Assembly (NCBI GenBank): GCA_002104905.1
Contig: MCFE01000133.1
Coordinates: 62,001 to 126,000 of the forward strand
Source of the DNA: Basidiobolus meristosporus CBS 931.73
Lineage: Eukaryota; Fungi; Basidiobolomycota
DNA: 64,000 nt
Reading direction: 5' to 3'
This document shows positions 25,293-38,946 of the stretch, one piece after another. Below the pieces are notes generated by a model. It saw only the letters and a program-made list of their open reading frames with translations. It made no database searches and was not told the origin of the DNA. Both the position numbers and the translations under genes were made by a program. The first letter of the stretch is position 1; each line of letters starts with the position of its first letter.

Positions 25293-28200
25293 TGTTGAAA
25301 TATTGGACTATTTGGTATCATTCAGCAGCCAAAAATTTACTTAACAATTCTGGACAAGTCTTGTTCATGCTAGGACTAACTTACAACCCTAACTTTGCTA
25401 CTTTCTTCAGATGTTTGATCCTTTGATAATCCCCTGTAGGCAAGATCAAATTAATACTTTTACCCAGCACTATGTACTAATCATGAAACTGTTACAGATT
25501 ACTCCAAGATGTTAAAAAACCCTCCTTTCTTAGTGTTACAGCTATAGTACTTCCACAAAGGTATAAATACTGAGCCTCTTGATGAATCATCAACAGTTCA
25601 AATATTACCACTATTTCTTGATAAGTTCCTGATATCCAAATCACTTCTTAAGTTGCAACAGTTTATGAGCCCCAATTGCCTCAAGTTATTCCAAAGATGA
25701 CTTCTACCAGAAAAGAAAATAATACCAACATCTTCCATGTAAAGGAGTGGTTTGATGGGAAGAACTACAGACTTTGGAGAATTAAGATGCAGATCCACCT
25801 TGAGAAAGGAAAGCTTTGGAATAGAGTAACAGGAAAAGAAGCTGAGCCCAAAGAAACAGCAGAAGAAGTGCAATGGTTTTGAGAGAAGAGAAAGGCCTTC
25901 AATGACATATGAATCACTGTGCAAAGCCATTATCAAGCAAGCTTTATTTAAAACAAAAGTTTTTTAGCATGATGAAGAAGCTAGATGATGATATTCTAGA
26001 ACTTATTACCATTATGGAGACACTTGCAAAAGGGCCTTCCAACATTAATGCTGGTTTAGATGAAGAAGAGAAAATACTCTGTCTGCATTGCAGCCTACCA
26101 GACAAGTATAAGCCACTCATACTTTTTTTTTAAAGGCAAACAAGACAATTGGACTTTAGACTATGTCAAAGGAAAGCCTTCCATGAGTAACTCAGATGCA
26201 ATGATCAAGTACAGAAGTTGAAGACAATGCTTTATTCAACTCCAAAAGGCACCAAGAAATGAAGGGAACACAGTAAAACAAAAGAAAACCTGGGTGCTGT
26301 AGCAATTGTAAGAAGCCAAGACACTAGGCAAGAGAACACAAGAAGAAACAAGCAGACAAAAAACAGAAACCGGAGCAGTCAAACAATGTAACTACTAATG
26401 AACAGCTATTTGTAACTGTAAAAGAGAGTGCAGGTAACTAAGGTAATGAATAGTATATTGACTCTGGAGCATCACAGCACATTGGTGGTATAAAGGATGG
26501 CTAAGCAACTGAAAGACTATTCTGATGGGTAAGGCTAATCTTGGAGACAACTCTGCACTAGAAGCTACTGCTAGTGGGTCTATACAACTATGTATGAGTG
26601 ATATCTCAGGGGCTACAATTGCAAAGCTAACTGATGTACCCAACTTACCTGGAGTAACTAAAACCTACTCTCAATCAGTAAAGCAACTCCTCAGAGACTG
26701 GAATATTTTTTACTAAGCTGAGCTGCTCAAAATTTAGTGAATATGGACAAAAATTAACTTAGGGAATCAGAGATCACAGTATATACAAGTTAAAATGCAA
26801 GATCATTGTTCCTGAGTATTTCACATTGCTGAGACTGATGAGCTTAACTGGGAGACATGATGCAGGAGACCAGGACACATTGGGAACAGAAAATAAGCCA
26901 ATTGGTGATAAATCAGCTTGTTTAAAGACTAACTTACTTAAATCCATTGAAATTGAGTGTCTATACCAGATTTTCATATGCTAATAAGCTATAAAGCATT
27001 TTAGGAGCTGAGGAGGCATTGATACCATCAAAATAATGGCTATTGTACACTCACATATATGACTCCATGAGAAGACTGTCCTTTGGAGCCAAGAAACACT
27101 TTGCATCATCAATTGATGAGAAGACAAGATATACATAGGTTTTATTCCTTGAGACAAAGAATGGGGCTTAACAGACATTCAAGTATCTCACAAGTATGAC
27201 AGAAACACAAACTGGGTGTGAATTGAAGCTACTACAAAGTGACAATGGAAAGGATACTTCAAAAAGAAGTTTGCAAAATTCTGCTCATCTACCGGTATAC
27301 ATCAACATACTACTGTTCCACACACTTTACCAGACAGTGGAGCAGCAGATGATGCAACTAGAACAATGGTTGAGATGGGAAGATCTATGTTATATGATAA
27401 GGGAATGTAATGAAAGTTCTGGGCTGAGCTTGCTACTACAGCCATATACAGCACAAATAGACACCCAATAGCAGCACTACATGTTTCTACACATTTGAAG
27501 CATACACAGGGAGAAAAACAAACCTCCAGCATCTCAAGATCATTGGCTGTGATGTCTTTTATCAAATCCCTAACAAAAAAAACTCAAATTTGCGACCAAT
27601 AAGCAGATATGGGATCTTTCTTGGGTATTGCAAGGATACTAAAGGATATCAAGTACATGATGGCAAAATTCAGAAGCTGATCAAGAGCAGGGGGGAATTC
27701 AGACCAGAAAGCCATTGAAATCATTGCCCAACTGTCTGATGATGCAATCAACACTAATGAAGAATATATGTACTAATTCAGCCAGATACAGAAGATGATT
27801 CTACCATTCTCAGGTCAGAGCAGATTATCCTAGTTAGGAGATCTGCCAGAATAGGATATGTCCCTGGATCTGTTGCAATATTCTGAGGAGTATTGGAAGT
27901 GATGTGGAGAACTAGAAGATTTACATGTTATTCACTTGTAGATTTATTGATCAAAAGTATGGTATTTATACTTTTGATAAAGTAGAGGAAACAAACGTGT
28001 AGAGTTTGTTAAGGAAGGTCCCAAGAATATGTGTGCAAAGTTTGGGGTCTTTTGGACAACTTTGAGAAAAATAATAATCTGGGTACCTGATAATTTGGTG
28101 AAAATATTCTAAGTAAATCCCGACAAGAAATCTAGTCAGGACAGAATGCTAATCACAGAATAAGATCTATGTGACTAAGTTAGCATGAATATTTAGGTGA

Positions 28201-29095
28201 CAATTCAATAATTACAACAGGATCCTGGTGGCAGATATCCAATGATCATGAAAAAGCTTATCTTGCCTTATGTGCTACACCTCAGAATCTGGAACAGGCA
28301 ATGCAAAGTCAAAATACCACTATGTGGCAACACGCCATGCAAGAGTAGTACCAATCACTGATCAAGGCAGAGATGTGGCAACTGGTAAATTAACCAAATG
28401 AGACAAAGCCAATAGGATGTAGATGGGTTTACAAGATCAAGATAACCTCAAATGGTAGAGTTGGTAAGTACAAGGCTAGACTGATGGCTGAAGGCTATCC
28501 CCAGATCCAGGGACTAGACTTTAGGGAAACATTTGCTCCAGTTGCCTAGTTAATCACTATTAGGACAATTCTAGTCATGGCTGCTGTACACAATATATAT
28601 CTACACAAAATGCACATTGAAACTGCCATTCTAAATGATGATTTGCAAGAAACTATATATATGGAGTAACCAGAGGTTTTACCAATCCAAAAGCCTCCAT
28701 TATGTGTACAGACTCAGGAAATTGCTGTATGGGCTCTAAGTAGACACCTAGAGCATGGTATAATACAATTGACATATATGGAGAGGAAATTGGCTTCACT
28801 TGTAGCACGGTAGTTCACAGTATACATGTGAAGCAGCTCAAAAAAGGTGTAAACAACCTAGTTCTTTATGTGTCCTACCTGATAATAGCTACAAGTGATT
28901 AGGAGGTACTTAAACCAACAGAATCAGATCTCTTCAGCAAGTTGGCAATGAAACATCTTGGAAAATTGAGCTATTTTCCAGGAATTGAAGTCAAATTTGA
29001 CATACCTAGGCAGAAAATAGTGCTCAGTCAGTCCAGGTACATCACAGACACTCTTAGACTCTTAAATTGTAAAGTGCAAACCTGCAGCTACCCTT
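25293..29095 (+). mobile_element. Decayed Ty1/copia element E, 3'-truncated
   Basis: LTR 25293-25660 (TGTTG...CAACA, GGTATAAATAC), PBS GTTTATGAGCCCC, gag (FDGKNYRLWRIKMQIHLEKGKLW), protease about 26450, integrase about 27000-27550, RT about 28250-29095. Confidence 0.85.
27871..28219 (-). repeat. Solo LTR of copia subfamily C'
   Basis: 349 bp, perfect 5-bp TSD GGATC; homologous to 34334-34682. Confidence 0.92.
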
Positions 29096-29099
29096 ATGG

Positions 29100-32000
29100 A
29101 CAATAACCTGAGATTGTGCAAAACACTGGTCCTGTCCATTGTGGCTCAAACTTCTTCCAAGTATTGTTTCTCATCAATACAAAGATCCCAACTGTCAATG
29201 ATTCTGGTGATATAGTCTTATCAAAGCTCTGCTTCATCTTATCTGCACTTTGAGATACTTTGGCCTGTACCTCTTGACGTGTTTGTTCCAGCTGCTGGTG
29301 TCTACTTGGCTGACTGAGTTCATATTCTAAGGCATCTGTAAGCTTTGGTTGAGTGTGATCTCCTGGAATCCTTGGTTCACATCCATACACTAAGTAAAAT
29401 TGTGATTGTTGGGTGGCGTTGTATACTCCAACTCAGCATGCAAAGATTGCTTGGTCTATATACTCATCCCATCCACTGACAGCTCCATTTGCATGTTTGG
29501 TCAGCATTTCTCCAAGTTATCCATTAAACTACTCAGTGACTATATTAGTTCCAGGGTGATATGCTGAGGTTTGCAAGTGTTTGATCTGCTGCATTTCATA
29601 TAAGCTTCACTGTCTTTGCCATAAAGTTTGCTCCTTAATTGGATAAAATCTATACAGGGCATCAAAACTTCATCAGGATCTCAAGGAAGACAAAACTTGC
29701 AACTTCTTGCTCACTGACCAGAGGTACTGCTTTAGCCACTGGCCATTTGGTGGCATGGTCAATAGCTACTGAAATCTAACAATAGCATTCCAATATGGTT
29801 AGCAGTCTTCCAGTGAAGTAAATTTACCATCTTTCAAATGGTCTTACAGGCTCCAAGGGAAAGTGTTTGGCAATTCACTGTGGTTGGCCTTGGTTAATTT
29901 GGCAATTTGGGCATATTTTTACTGGCTTTTCTGTTGAAATAATTAGGAGTCCACCTAATTATTAATATATTATGAACTAGCACTTAGTGAAATGATATAT
30001 TTCAGATTATCAACATGAAAATTAGTTTGTAAGATATTTACTAATTATTGGGAATTAGAGAAGTACAGAATTTTAGGAAAATCTGAAACTTGTCCAAATG
30101 AGCCGAAACTTGGCACATGTACTCCTGAGACTCCCCTAATAATGACCAAATAGTTGCATTTACATAGTTCTGCAATAGGTATAAATACTGTGTTGCAACT
30201 CAATAAAACATCAAGTGAATATCATGTAAATCTTCTAATTCTCCAATTCACTTCCAATATATCTCTCTAATATTTCAACAGGTTATGAGCCCCGAGCTTG
30301 CTTTATCTTAGTTATCCACTTTGCTCTAGTGCTGTGTCTTTATTCTGGAGAAAGACTGCCTGGTCTATCTGAAGTTACAAAAGACAGAAAAGTACTACCG
30401 CTGCAAAGAACTGCTAGATGGGATATATTGTTTTGGAGAAAGAGGCCTTTGCCCTTAAAGAAGACACTAAGCAAAGAAAAATGTCATATGTCAAGGAGGT
30501 CATGTTGGACAGTTTTCAAATTATGAAATGTGCAGAAGGATGAAGCTTTGAGAAAATGCGTAATCCCAGCAAGGAGTCCAGATCAATAAGGGGCATATTA
30601 CATGATATATGTATTAGTGCTATGATCCTTATTATTACAACATAAAGGAGCTATGTTGATGATCCACATATACCTGGGTTTGCATTAGACTATTTCAGTC
30701 AATGAAGTGCCCACATTGCTGCAGTGAATTTACATAAGTCTGTAGCCACTTGAAATGAAATGATGCGCAAATACTTTGATGCCGCCTGCTGCCCTAGTTT
30801 GGAGTTGGATATGCAGACAAATATATGGATCAGCTTGCCCAAACTCTGAGGATCAAAATGATATATAATACCTATATATTTGGCCAAAGATCAGTGATCT
30901 CAGACATGCCAACTTAGGAGTGGTACGCATGATATATCAGTGGTACTATTTCCAGTACCAATGATCCTGAGGCCCTGTGAGACACTTATTAGACGAGCTA
31001 CATGTCTACATCAAGTATCAGGAACAGTGGGAGGAGATATATCCATATATGTTGAAGCATGGAATTTCTACCGCCATCAAGAAAAGTGCTACCGGAGACC
31101 TTGACCAAAGTATATGCTTATAGTCTCTGTATACACTAGAGAATATGCATGAAGTACTATCAAGGAGTGTACTAGTTGCCCTATGCTAGTACATATATCA
31201 CATACATACAGTGATGAAGGATCATTTATATCAACATGGATCAGATGTTAATCATGCTATTATGATCAGATCAAGTTACTTGCAGCTCCCAGCTACGGGC
31301 CAAACTGCAATGATGATATCTGCCACCGAGATGCTGAGAGAAATGGCTTTTTAAGGAAGTTTATTTGATCAAATTTGATCAAGCCTGTGAAAAGTTATGC
31401 CAGATCCAAATGGATGACCGATTTGGTTGAAACATCTCAGAATAGATATGTTTTGAAGACAGGAGGTTCCTGAACACTCTGGGAGATCTAACAAACCGTG
31501 GATATGCTACCTGCATGGTCCAGATATAGATCAATAAGGAAATTCCAGCAACCAGCATCTTTAAGACCAGATATGGAACAAATACCTACCACCAATAAGT
31601 TGTCAGTTTCTAAATGGAGTTAGGTGACACCTAAGCCAGATTTGGACTACCTAGCACACTAGATTTGATCCAGTTATCTTACCACACAAGGATAGTGGAG
31701 TAGTGTTGCTAAGGAATGCAGCAGAGCAGTCCAAGAGAACCTATGTACTCAGAGGCAACATCATAATTACGGTGAGCAATGAAGTCAACTTACTTACAGT
31801 TGGAGCTAAAGAAGTGGTACCAAGGGCCAACCTAAGGGTTATAATGGGTCCAGAAGATCATGGACTTGTCTATTTGCACTGTCAACCAAGCTCTATGCTG
31901 GAAAACTCTATCAGAAGTAACAGTGACTTATCAGAGCTGTTATGGTAGATTTACGCAATTAGAAAGTGCCAGATCAGGTTGTACTGTTTAAAGCGCAACA

Positions 32001-33385
32001 GTACATATGAGAACATATCTATCCTGTTTAGGATGAAACCTCTATGAATAGCTGCCAATCAGGCTGTGGTATCTTGTGATACCAAATCAAGCCTATCAAG
32101 ATGTAAAGGGAAGATCTCAATACCGTAACTGCAATATCAGTCCAAGAAAGTTATGCCTAGATCAGAAGGATATATATGATCTATCTGAGTCAATTTTAGA
32201 AGGCAGGAAGCACCAGAAGACGTAGCTTCAGTGGGAGTACAATATCCCAGATCAAGAATGAAGAAAAGCTAAGCTAGATACTATTGAAGGCACTAGTCCG
32301 GAAGAGGAAATACTTGGTCAACCGGTGAAGAATAAGGCCACTACAATGCTGACCAATTGTTGGTCTCAGCAGATCATATATGGAGTATATGAGGAAAGTT
32401 ACTATCCAGATCCAGTTAGGGATATATGGAGGATAGTCTAAGTGAATTAGACTATAGACCGGAACTGTGGATGATCCAGATCTACTGGAGAGAAGACCAC
32501 ATCCTAACTTTGCCAATTATTGACCAATTTTACACAAATAAGAAACAGCAGATAGCCTGAGAACGCAGCTCTCTGATGATACATACTATGCTGGGATTCA
32601 ATCAGTATATGAAAAGTTTTACCCCAATCAAATGGATGATACTCATTCATAGATATTTGCAATGAAATCAGAATTCAGACTCAAAGCAATTTGATCTGAA
32701 GTATGTAATTAACAGTATGAACTTATACTTAGTTATTACAGATAATATGCAATCCTTAACATATATTGGAGAATACATTAGTCCAATAGGTTAGATGGTT
32801 AATTGCAGGTTTAATTTCAACCGCAAGATACACAACACCACAGCAAGTTCATAAGTATATGAATATATTATGTGAGTGGGAGTGTTGAAATAATTAGGAG
32901 TCCACCTCATTATTAATATATTATGAACTAGCACTTAGTGAAATGATATATTTCAGATTATCAACATGAAAATTAGTTTGTAAGATATTTACTAATTATT
33001 GGGAATTAGAGAAGTACAGAATTTTAGGAAAATCTGAAACTTGTCCAAATGAGCCAAAACTTGGCACATGTACTCCTGAGACTCCCCTAATAATGACCAA
33101 ATAGTTGCATTTACATAGTTCTGCAATAGGTATAAATACTGTGTTGCAACTCAATAAAACATCAAGTGAATATCATGTAAATCTTCTAATTCTCCAATTC
33201 ACTTCCAATATATCTCTCTAATATTTCAACATTTTCAACATCTTCTTTCATTCTGGGCCACCATGCTCTGACTTTCACCAGGCTATAGGTTCCTTCAATT
33301 CCAGGATGTCCATATCCATTGTGTAGCTCATGTATCAAATCTGGACAAGCAATACCAGGGCAATAGGCAATAGGGCTTTCTCTTG
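29100..33385 (-). mobile_element. Family A integrase fragment A-4 (29100-29931 and 33232-33385), split by element F
   Basis: Homology to A-1 integrase (ORF 29094-29390, YGCEPRIPGDHTQPKL...WTGP); continuous across the TTTTC TSD. Confidence 0.85.
29932..33231 (+). mobile_element. Young non-autonomous copia-derived LTR element F (3,300 bp)
   Basis: 349-bp LTRs at 29932-30280 and 32883-33231 with 2 mismatches, TSD TTTTC, PBS GGTTATGAGCCCCG, PPT GAGTGGGAG. The 2.6-kb interior has no ORF over about 81 aa, only faint gag and RNase H traces. Confidence 0.93.
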
Positions 33386-33567
33386 TATGATTATAGGGGG
33401 GTAGTCTTCTCCCATAGCAATATCTCAAAGGCCTCTTTCTTGCAGCAGCATTCTGATTGTCACCTTTGACACTGAGCTGTTGGATCTACTCATCTTTTCA
33501 GCAAAGAGAAAGTTTTAGTATTGCAATGATAAATTTTGCAGAGACTGACAGAGTGGGGCACATAACC
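33385..33567 (-). mobile_element. Copia family C stub C-4 (PBS plus gag N-terminus)
   Basis: GGTTATGTGCCCC directly after LTR 33568-33914 on the minus strand, followed by sequence homologous to C gag (ctgctgcaagaaagaggcctttg). Confidence 0.75.
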
Positions 33568-36500
33568 TGTTGCAAGTGTCTTGCAGGTATTAGAATTAAT
33601 TGGTAGGACAAGTAGATTATGTGTTATTCACTCAATGATTAATTGAATGTAAAAGTAGTATTTATACTTTGCATTGTGTTGGCATTATATACACATGGAA
33701 TAGATGTAGGAGGTCCCAAGAACATGTGCGCAAAGTTTGAGACTGCCTGGACAACTTTGAGACTTTTCATGTTCTGGGTACCTGATATTATGGTGAAAAT
33801 ATTCTAAGTAAATCCCAACAAGGAATTTGGTCAGTATTCTCTAGGATTTGCATGTAATGATCTAAGTGACTAAGCTAAATGAATACTTTGGTGGAGTTGC
33901 AAATTTTTACAACACTCCTACTAAAATAATGTTCATACTGACTAGTTCTAATTTTGACCTAAGATATTCAAACTTGTCTCTTGCTAATAGTCTGATTGAT
34001 ATGTCTGTAATCATTTCATATGTAGGATAGTCAGCAAAGTTAACTAAGCTGTTCACTATAGCTTTATATAGGAAATGGTGTCTAATATTGATATGATCAG
34101 CTCTAGCATGAGAAGTTGGATTTTTACCTAATTGTATACATCCTTGATTTTCTTGCAATAGAGTAATAGGTGTTGCTGACATAAGCCTAAATCTTTAAAA
34201 AGCCTCATTAACCATATTGCTTTTGAAGCTTCACATGCTGCCATATACTCTGCCACTGTGGTAGAAAGTACTTCAATTGGTTACTCTCTTAAATTCCATG
34301 AATTTGCTCCTTTACAGTAAAGAAAGGTGTATCTGTTGCAATATTCTGAGGTGTTTATGAAGTGATGTGGAGAACTAGAGCATTTACATGTTGTTCACTT
34401 GTAGATTTATTGATCATTAGTATGGTATTTATACTTTGGATAAAGTAGAGCAAACAAATGTGTAGAGCTTGCTAAGAAAGGTCCCAAGAATATGTGCACA
34501 AAGTTTGGGGGCTCTTGGGCAGCTTTGAGAAAGATCAATATGTGAGTACCTGATAATTTGGTGAAGATATTCTAAGTAAATCCCAAAAAGAAATTTGATT
34601 GGGACAGAATGCTAATCAAGGAATAAGATTGATGTGGCCAAGTTAGCATGAATATTTTGGTTACAACCTAATACTTACAGCAGTATCCAGTGGTGGATCT
34701 TTTGGCTTCCAAATTCTGTCCCCAATCAGCATCAGAGTGTCCCACACAAATATGTTCTGAGTCTTTATAGGTGTACCTTGAGTAGCAATCAGCAGTTCCT
34801 TTTGGGTATCTAAAATCCGCTTAACTGCTGTAATATGATCAACCCATAGTTCTGATTATGCTGGCTAACAACTCCCACTGAGCAGGAGATATCTTAATGT
34901 GTACCAAGCATACTATACATCAGATTGCCAACCATATATTGCTAGGCAACTCAGGGCTTTCACCGCAACAATACCATGCAAATATTGTCACAGCAGCACT
35001 CATATCTTGTAATGTTTTATCACTTAGTTTGGAAGTAATATTAGCCAAATACCTTTGTGATACTGTCATAAGATTGCTAAAAGGGTCATTAATTCCAACC
35101 TGCTGGTACTATGACAGTCTCTTAATGAGATCCTGATGGCTGATCCAGATTTGATACACCTGCAGAACCAAGTTAGTTTTCAGAGGGTAAATGCTGCAAT
35201 ATGATCAGATTCATTGTTCTGATTATGCTGGCTGACAACTCCCACTGATTATGAGATATCTGGACATGCTCCAAGCATGATATAAGTCAGACTGCTGATC
35301 CTAGACTGATAAAGAAAGTCAGAGCTTTCAGATGGCACCAAGCTCTCTTGATTCAGCTGAGTTTTGACCAAGTTAAGGTTTGTCTCCATTAGGGTAGCTG
35401 CCAATTTGCAGACTTTGATATGGTACTTATTTAGTATATCTTGAATATACCTGGATTGGCTTAGGGTGATAGTCTGGTACTTCTGTTTATGCAGAGCTTT
35501 ATCCCTAAGCAGTAACAGAGTTCTCCTAGGTTGAACATCTTAAACTCTTACAAAGTCTGGGTTTAGTCTCTTCCAATGTCACTAGGTTATTAGTAACTAT
35601 AATAAGATCATCAACATATAGAGCTAATAGAGCTGTACTTGCTCTATCTGGCTCATAGTGTATACTGTAGTCAGCATTACTCTGTTTGAAACTCAAAGAT
35701 CCCAAATAAAAATCTATTTTTCAATTCCAGGCTCTTTGTAATTGTTTGACTCCATATGGAGACTTTTTAAGCTTGCAGACCAAACAGGGATCATCTTGAT
35801 CAGCAAACCCATCAGGCTGGCTCATATACATGTCCTCATCAAGTCCTCCATTTAAAAATGCAGTTTTTACATCCTTTGGATGAATAAACAACTAATATTT
35901 AGCTGCAATTGCTAATATTAATCTAATAAAATTAAACTTGGCTTTCAGTGCAAAGGTCTCAGTATAGTCAGGTCTGTTTGTTTGAGAGTATCCTTTGGCC
36001 ACAAGTCTTGCTGTGTATCTTTCAACTGTACCACCAGCCTTGTATTTTGTCTTAAGGACCCATCTGCATTCAATTGATCATTGGTTGATTGGTAGTTTGA
36101 CCAAGTCCCAAGTTTGATTTTTCATCAGGGCCTGACATTCCTCAGTAATTGCAGATCTCCAAAACTTTGTCTGAGGGCTATTTAGGGCCTCTTTAACAGC
36201 CTAGGGCTCATTAATATGGACTGAATAGGCATAGGCTAAGTTGGTACCCTCCTCAATATACTAATTGGGGCTGTTTCTAGTCTGGCTGGATCTATGGGCA
36301 TTTGATACTGTAATGATCACCTTTGAGATATTTTTGGGCACTTCTTCTGGCTGAGCCACTGTTCTAGAATCATCTGGAATGAAAAAATTCTCATTGTTTT
36401 GCTCTATTCAATCCTGACAAGAGATGGACTGGAGTTCAGATTTTCATCATTATATGACGTCATTTTTTGTAAAATTTTTGAATTTTTGTCAAATGACATA

Positions 36501-38946
36501 TCCCTGGACTTGCTTAGCTTCTTTGATCTTGTACAGTAGAGTCTGTATGCTTTACTCTCCTTGCAGTAGCTCAAGAATATGCATTTTAGACTTTTTAGCT
36601 CAAATTTTGACTGATTTCTAGGCAGTTTCTTAGCATATGCTATACACCCAAGTGTTCTTATATGTTCTGCACCTGACCTGTATCCATACCATGCTTAAAG
36701 TAGAGTAGAATCACATAGTACACCATTGTAACTCATTTTCAAAGGTATACAGCAGTGGCAACTGATTCTGCTCAAACATCATAGGATATTTTTTGATCAT
36801 AGATCATGGATCCTGCCATAACAATATTTGATCTGTTTGCACATTCTGCTGCTACACTTGGCTGTGTGGAGTATGGTACAGTAGTCTCCTGCTTTATTCT
36901 ATGAGCGTTGCATAAGTGGATGTAGAGTTTTGAGGTATATTCTGCACCATTACCAGAGCCTATTTTCTTGATTTTTTCACCAGTCTCTCTTTCCACCATG
37001 ACTGTGAGCTCCCTGAACTTAGACAGAGCTTCTTCATTTCTCTACATGAAGTAGACCAACTTGTATCTTGTATATTCATCATTAAAAGTGATCATACTGC
37101 ATCCTGCCTAATAATAAATTTTGCATAGGATCACATATATGTGAGCAAACCAAATCTAATTTTTCTTATTTTTGATTAGCCCAGATCTCTTGAATGGTTG
37201 TCTGGCGCGTTTCCCAAATATGCAGGCTTCACTGTGCTCTGTATTAGCTGGGGGATCAACTTACTCCCAAAACTAGCTGATCTTTGAATGTATTGCACAA
37301 ATAATCAAAATTGATGTACCCAAATCTCCCATGCCAAAGTATTGGTGTTTCTTCATTCAAGTTACTTATAATGGCTTCCAGATATGATGGAATATTAGTC
37401 AACTTATACTGATTCTGATCTCTGATGCTCAAAGCAATATGTGCACCATTTGGATCAGTGATGCTGCATCCAAAATAGTTAAAGCCAAAACTGAGTCCTT
37501 CTGCTGCATCCTTGCTTACAGTTAGTAAGTACCTGATTATTTCTGGTACATAGAAAACTTCCTCAAAGGTCAATGTATGACTTCATTCTCTGCTTCAAAG
37601 GTCAACTGGGACAGTTCCTTCTCCCACTGCTTCAATTGCTCTCTTCTCACCCATGAAAGCCTTCATAGTTGGAAATTCTTGACATTGGATTAAAAGTTCT
37701 TTTTGGTGTATGAATTGTTGAGATGCTCCAGAATCTGTTTACCTTGTCTGAGAATCCTTGCTTATGGTCATATTCAGTACAGATTTGAATAGTCTATCTT
37801 TAGTTGTTGCAGCATTTGTGTATTCAGGCTTTTTCTGCCAACTATCTCACTTTTTAAGTACCAGTCTGATGTGCATCCTTTCCTTTTGCAGTGGTTGCAA
37901 AACAGACTCATATTGCCTTTAAAAGGTCTTTGGTATTTTTTTTGTTGGTTATACTTGATTATTACAGCATTTTACTCTTTCATCTTATTGGAGTTGATGT
38001 TCCCATTTCTTCATCCAGGACCTTTGCATATACAAAATTAGGATCAAATCCTATATTCTGAACTCTAAGGCTGCTTCTAGGCCTTGAAATCTATCTGTCA
38101 GGCTATTCAGGATGGTTACTAACACCTGCTGATCAGTAGTTGTTACAGCAACAGATCAGATCTACACACAGGGTTATTCTGTAAATTAGATTTTTCACTT
38201 CTTCTCCTGCCAGCATCTTGGTAGTAAAAAATCTTTGTCTAAGTTACATTTTATTGGCAGCTGAACATGACTGGTAGGTGTTGTCTGATGCCTTCCAAGC
38301 ATTCTTTGCCATTTTTGCATGTGAGCATTGAATAAGCAATTTGTCTTCAATATTAAGGCAAATGCAGTTACTGGCTCTTTGTTCTTTCTTCTTATACTTA
38401 AGAATTCCTCTCCAATGCTTTTAGGAGGGTATTCTTATTCTATGACAATATCCCAAAGGCCTATCTCTTATAGGAGCATCTTCATTTTCACCTTTCACAC
38501 CTGGTAGTTAGATCCATCCAGCTTTTCAGCAGAGGAAGAAATCTCAGTAATAGTGGTAGTAGACATTACAGAGAGTGACAGCTTGTGGCTCATAACCTGT
38601 TGTAAGGGTCTTGGAGATATTGGAAGTTGTTGAGAGAACAAGCTTATTATATGGTTTGCAGTTAATGATTTGTTAAATGCAAAATTGGTACTTATACTTT
38701 TACATGGTCTTGGCTCACCAAACATGTAAAATGGGTATTGGAAGATCCCAAAACCCTATGCGCAAAGTTTGAGGCTGTTTCAACAACTTTGAGAATTTTC
38801 ATGTTCTGGGCACCTGATGTTATGGTGAAAATATTCTAGGTAACTCTCAACAAGGATTTTGGTCAGTACTCTCTGAGATTTGAAGGTAATGATCTAAGTG
38901 ACTAACTTAGGTCAATATCTAGGTGGAAATACAAATTTTTACAACA
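33568..38946 (-). mobile_element. Decayed full-length Ty1/copia C-2
   Basis: LTRs 38598-38946 (5', PBS GGTTATGAGCCAC) and 33568-33914 (3', PPT side at 33915). Gag, protease, integrase, RT and RNase H relics in order. No TSD found. Confidence 0.88.
34334..34682 (-). repeat. Solo LTR of copia subfamily C' inside C-2 RNase H
   Basis: 349 bp, perfect TSD GTATC. Confidence 0.92.
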
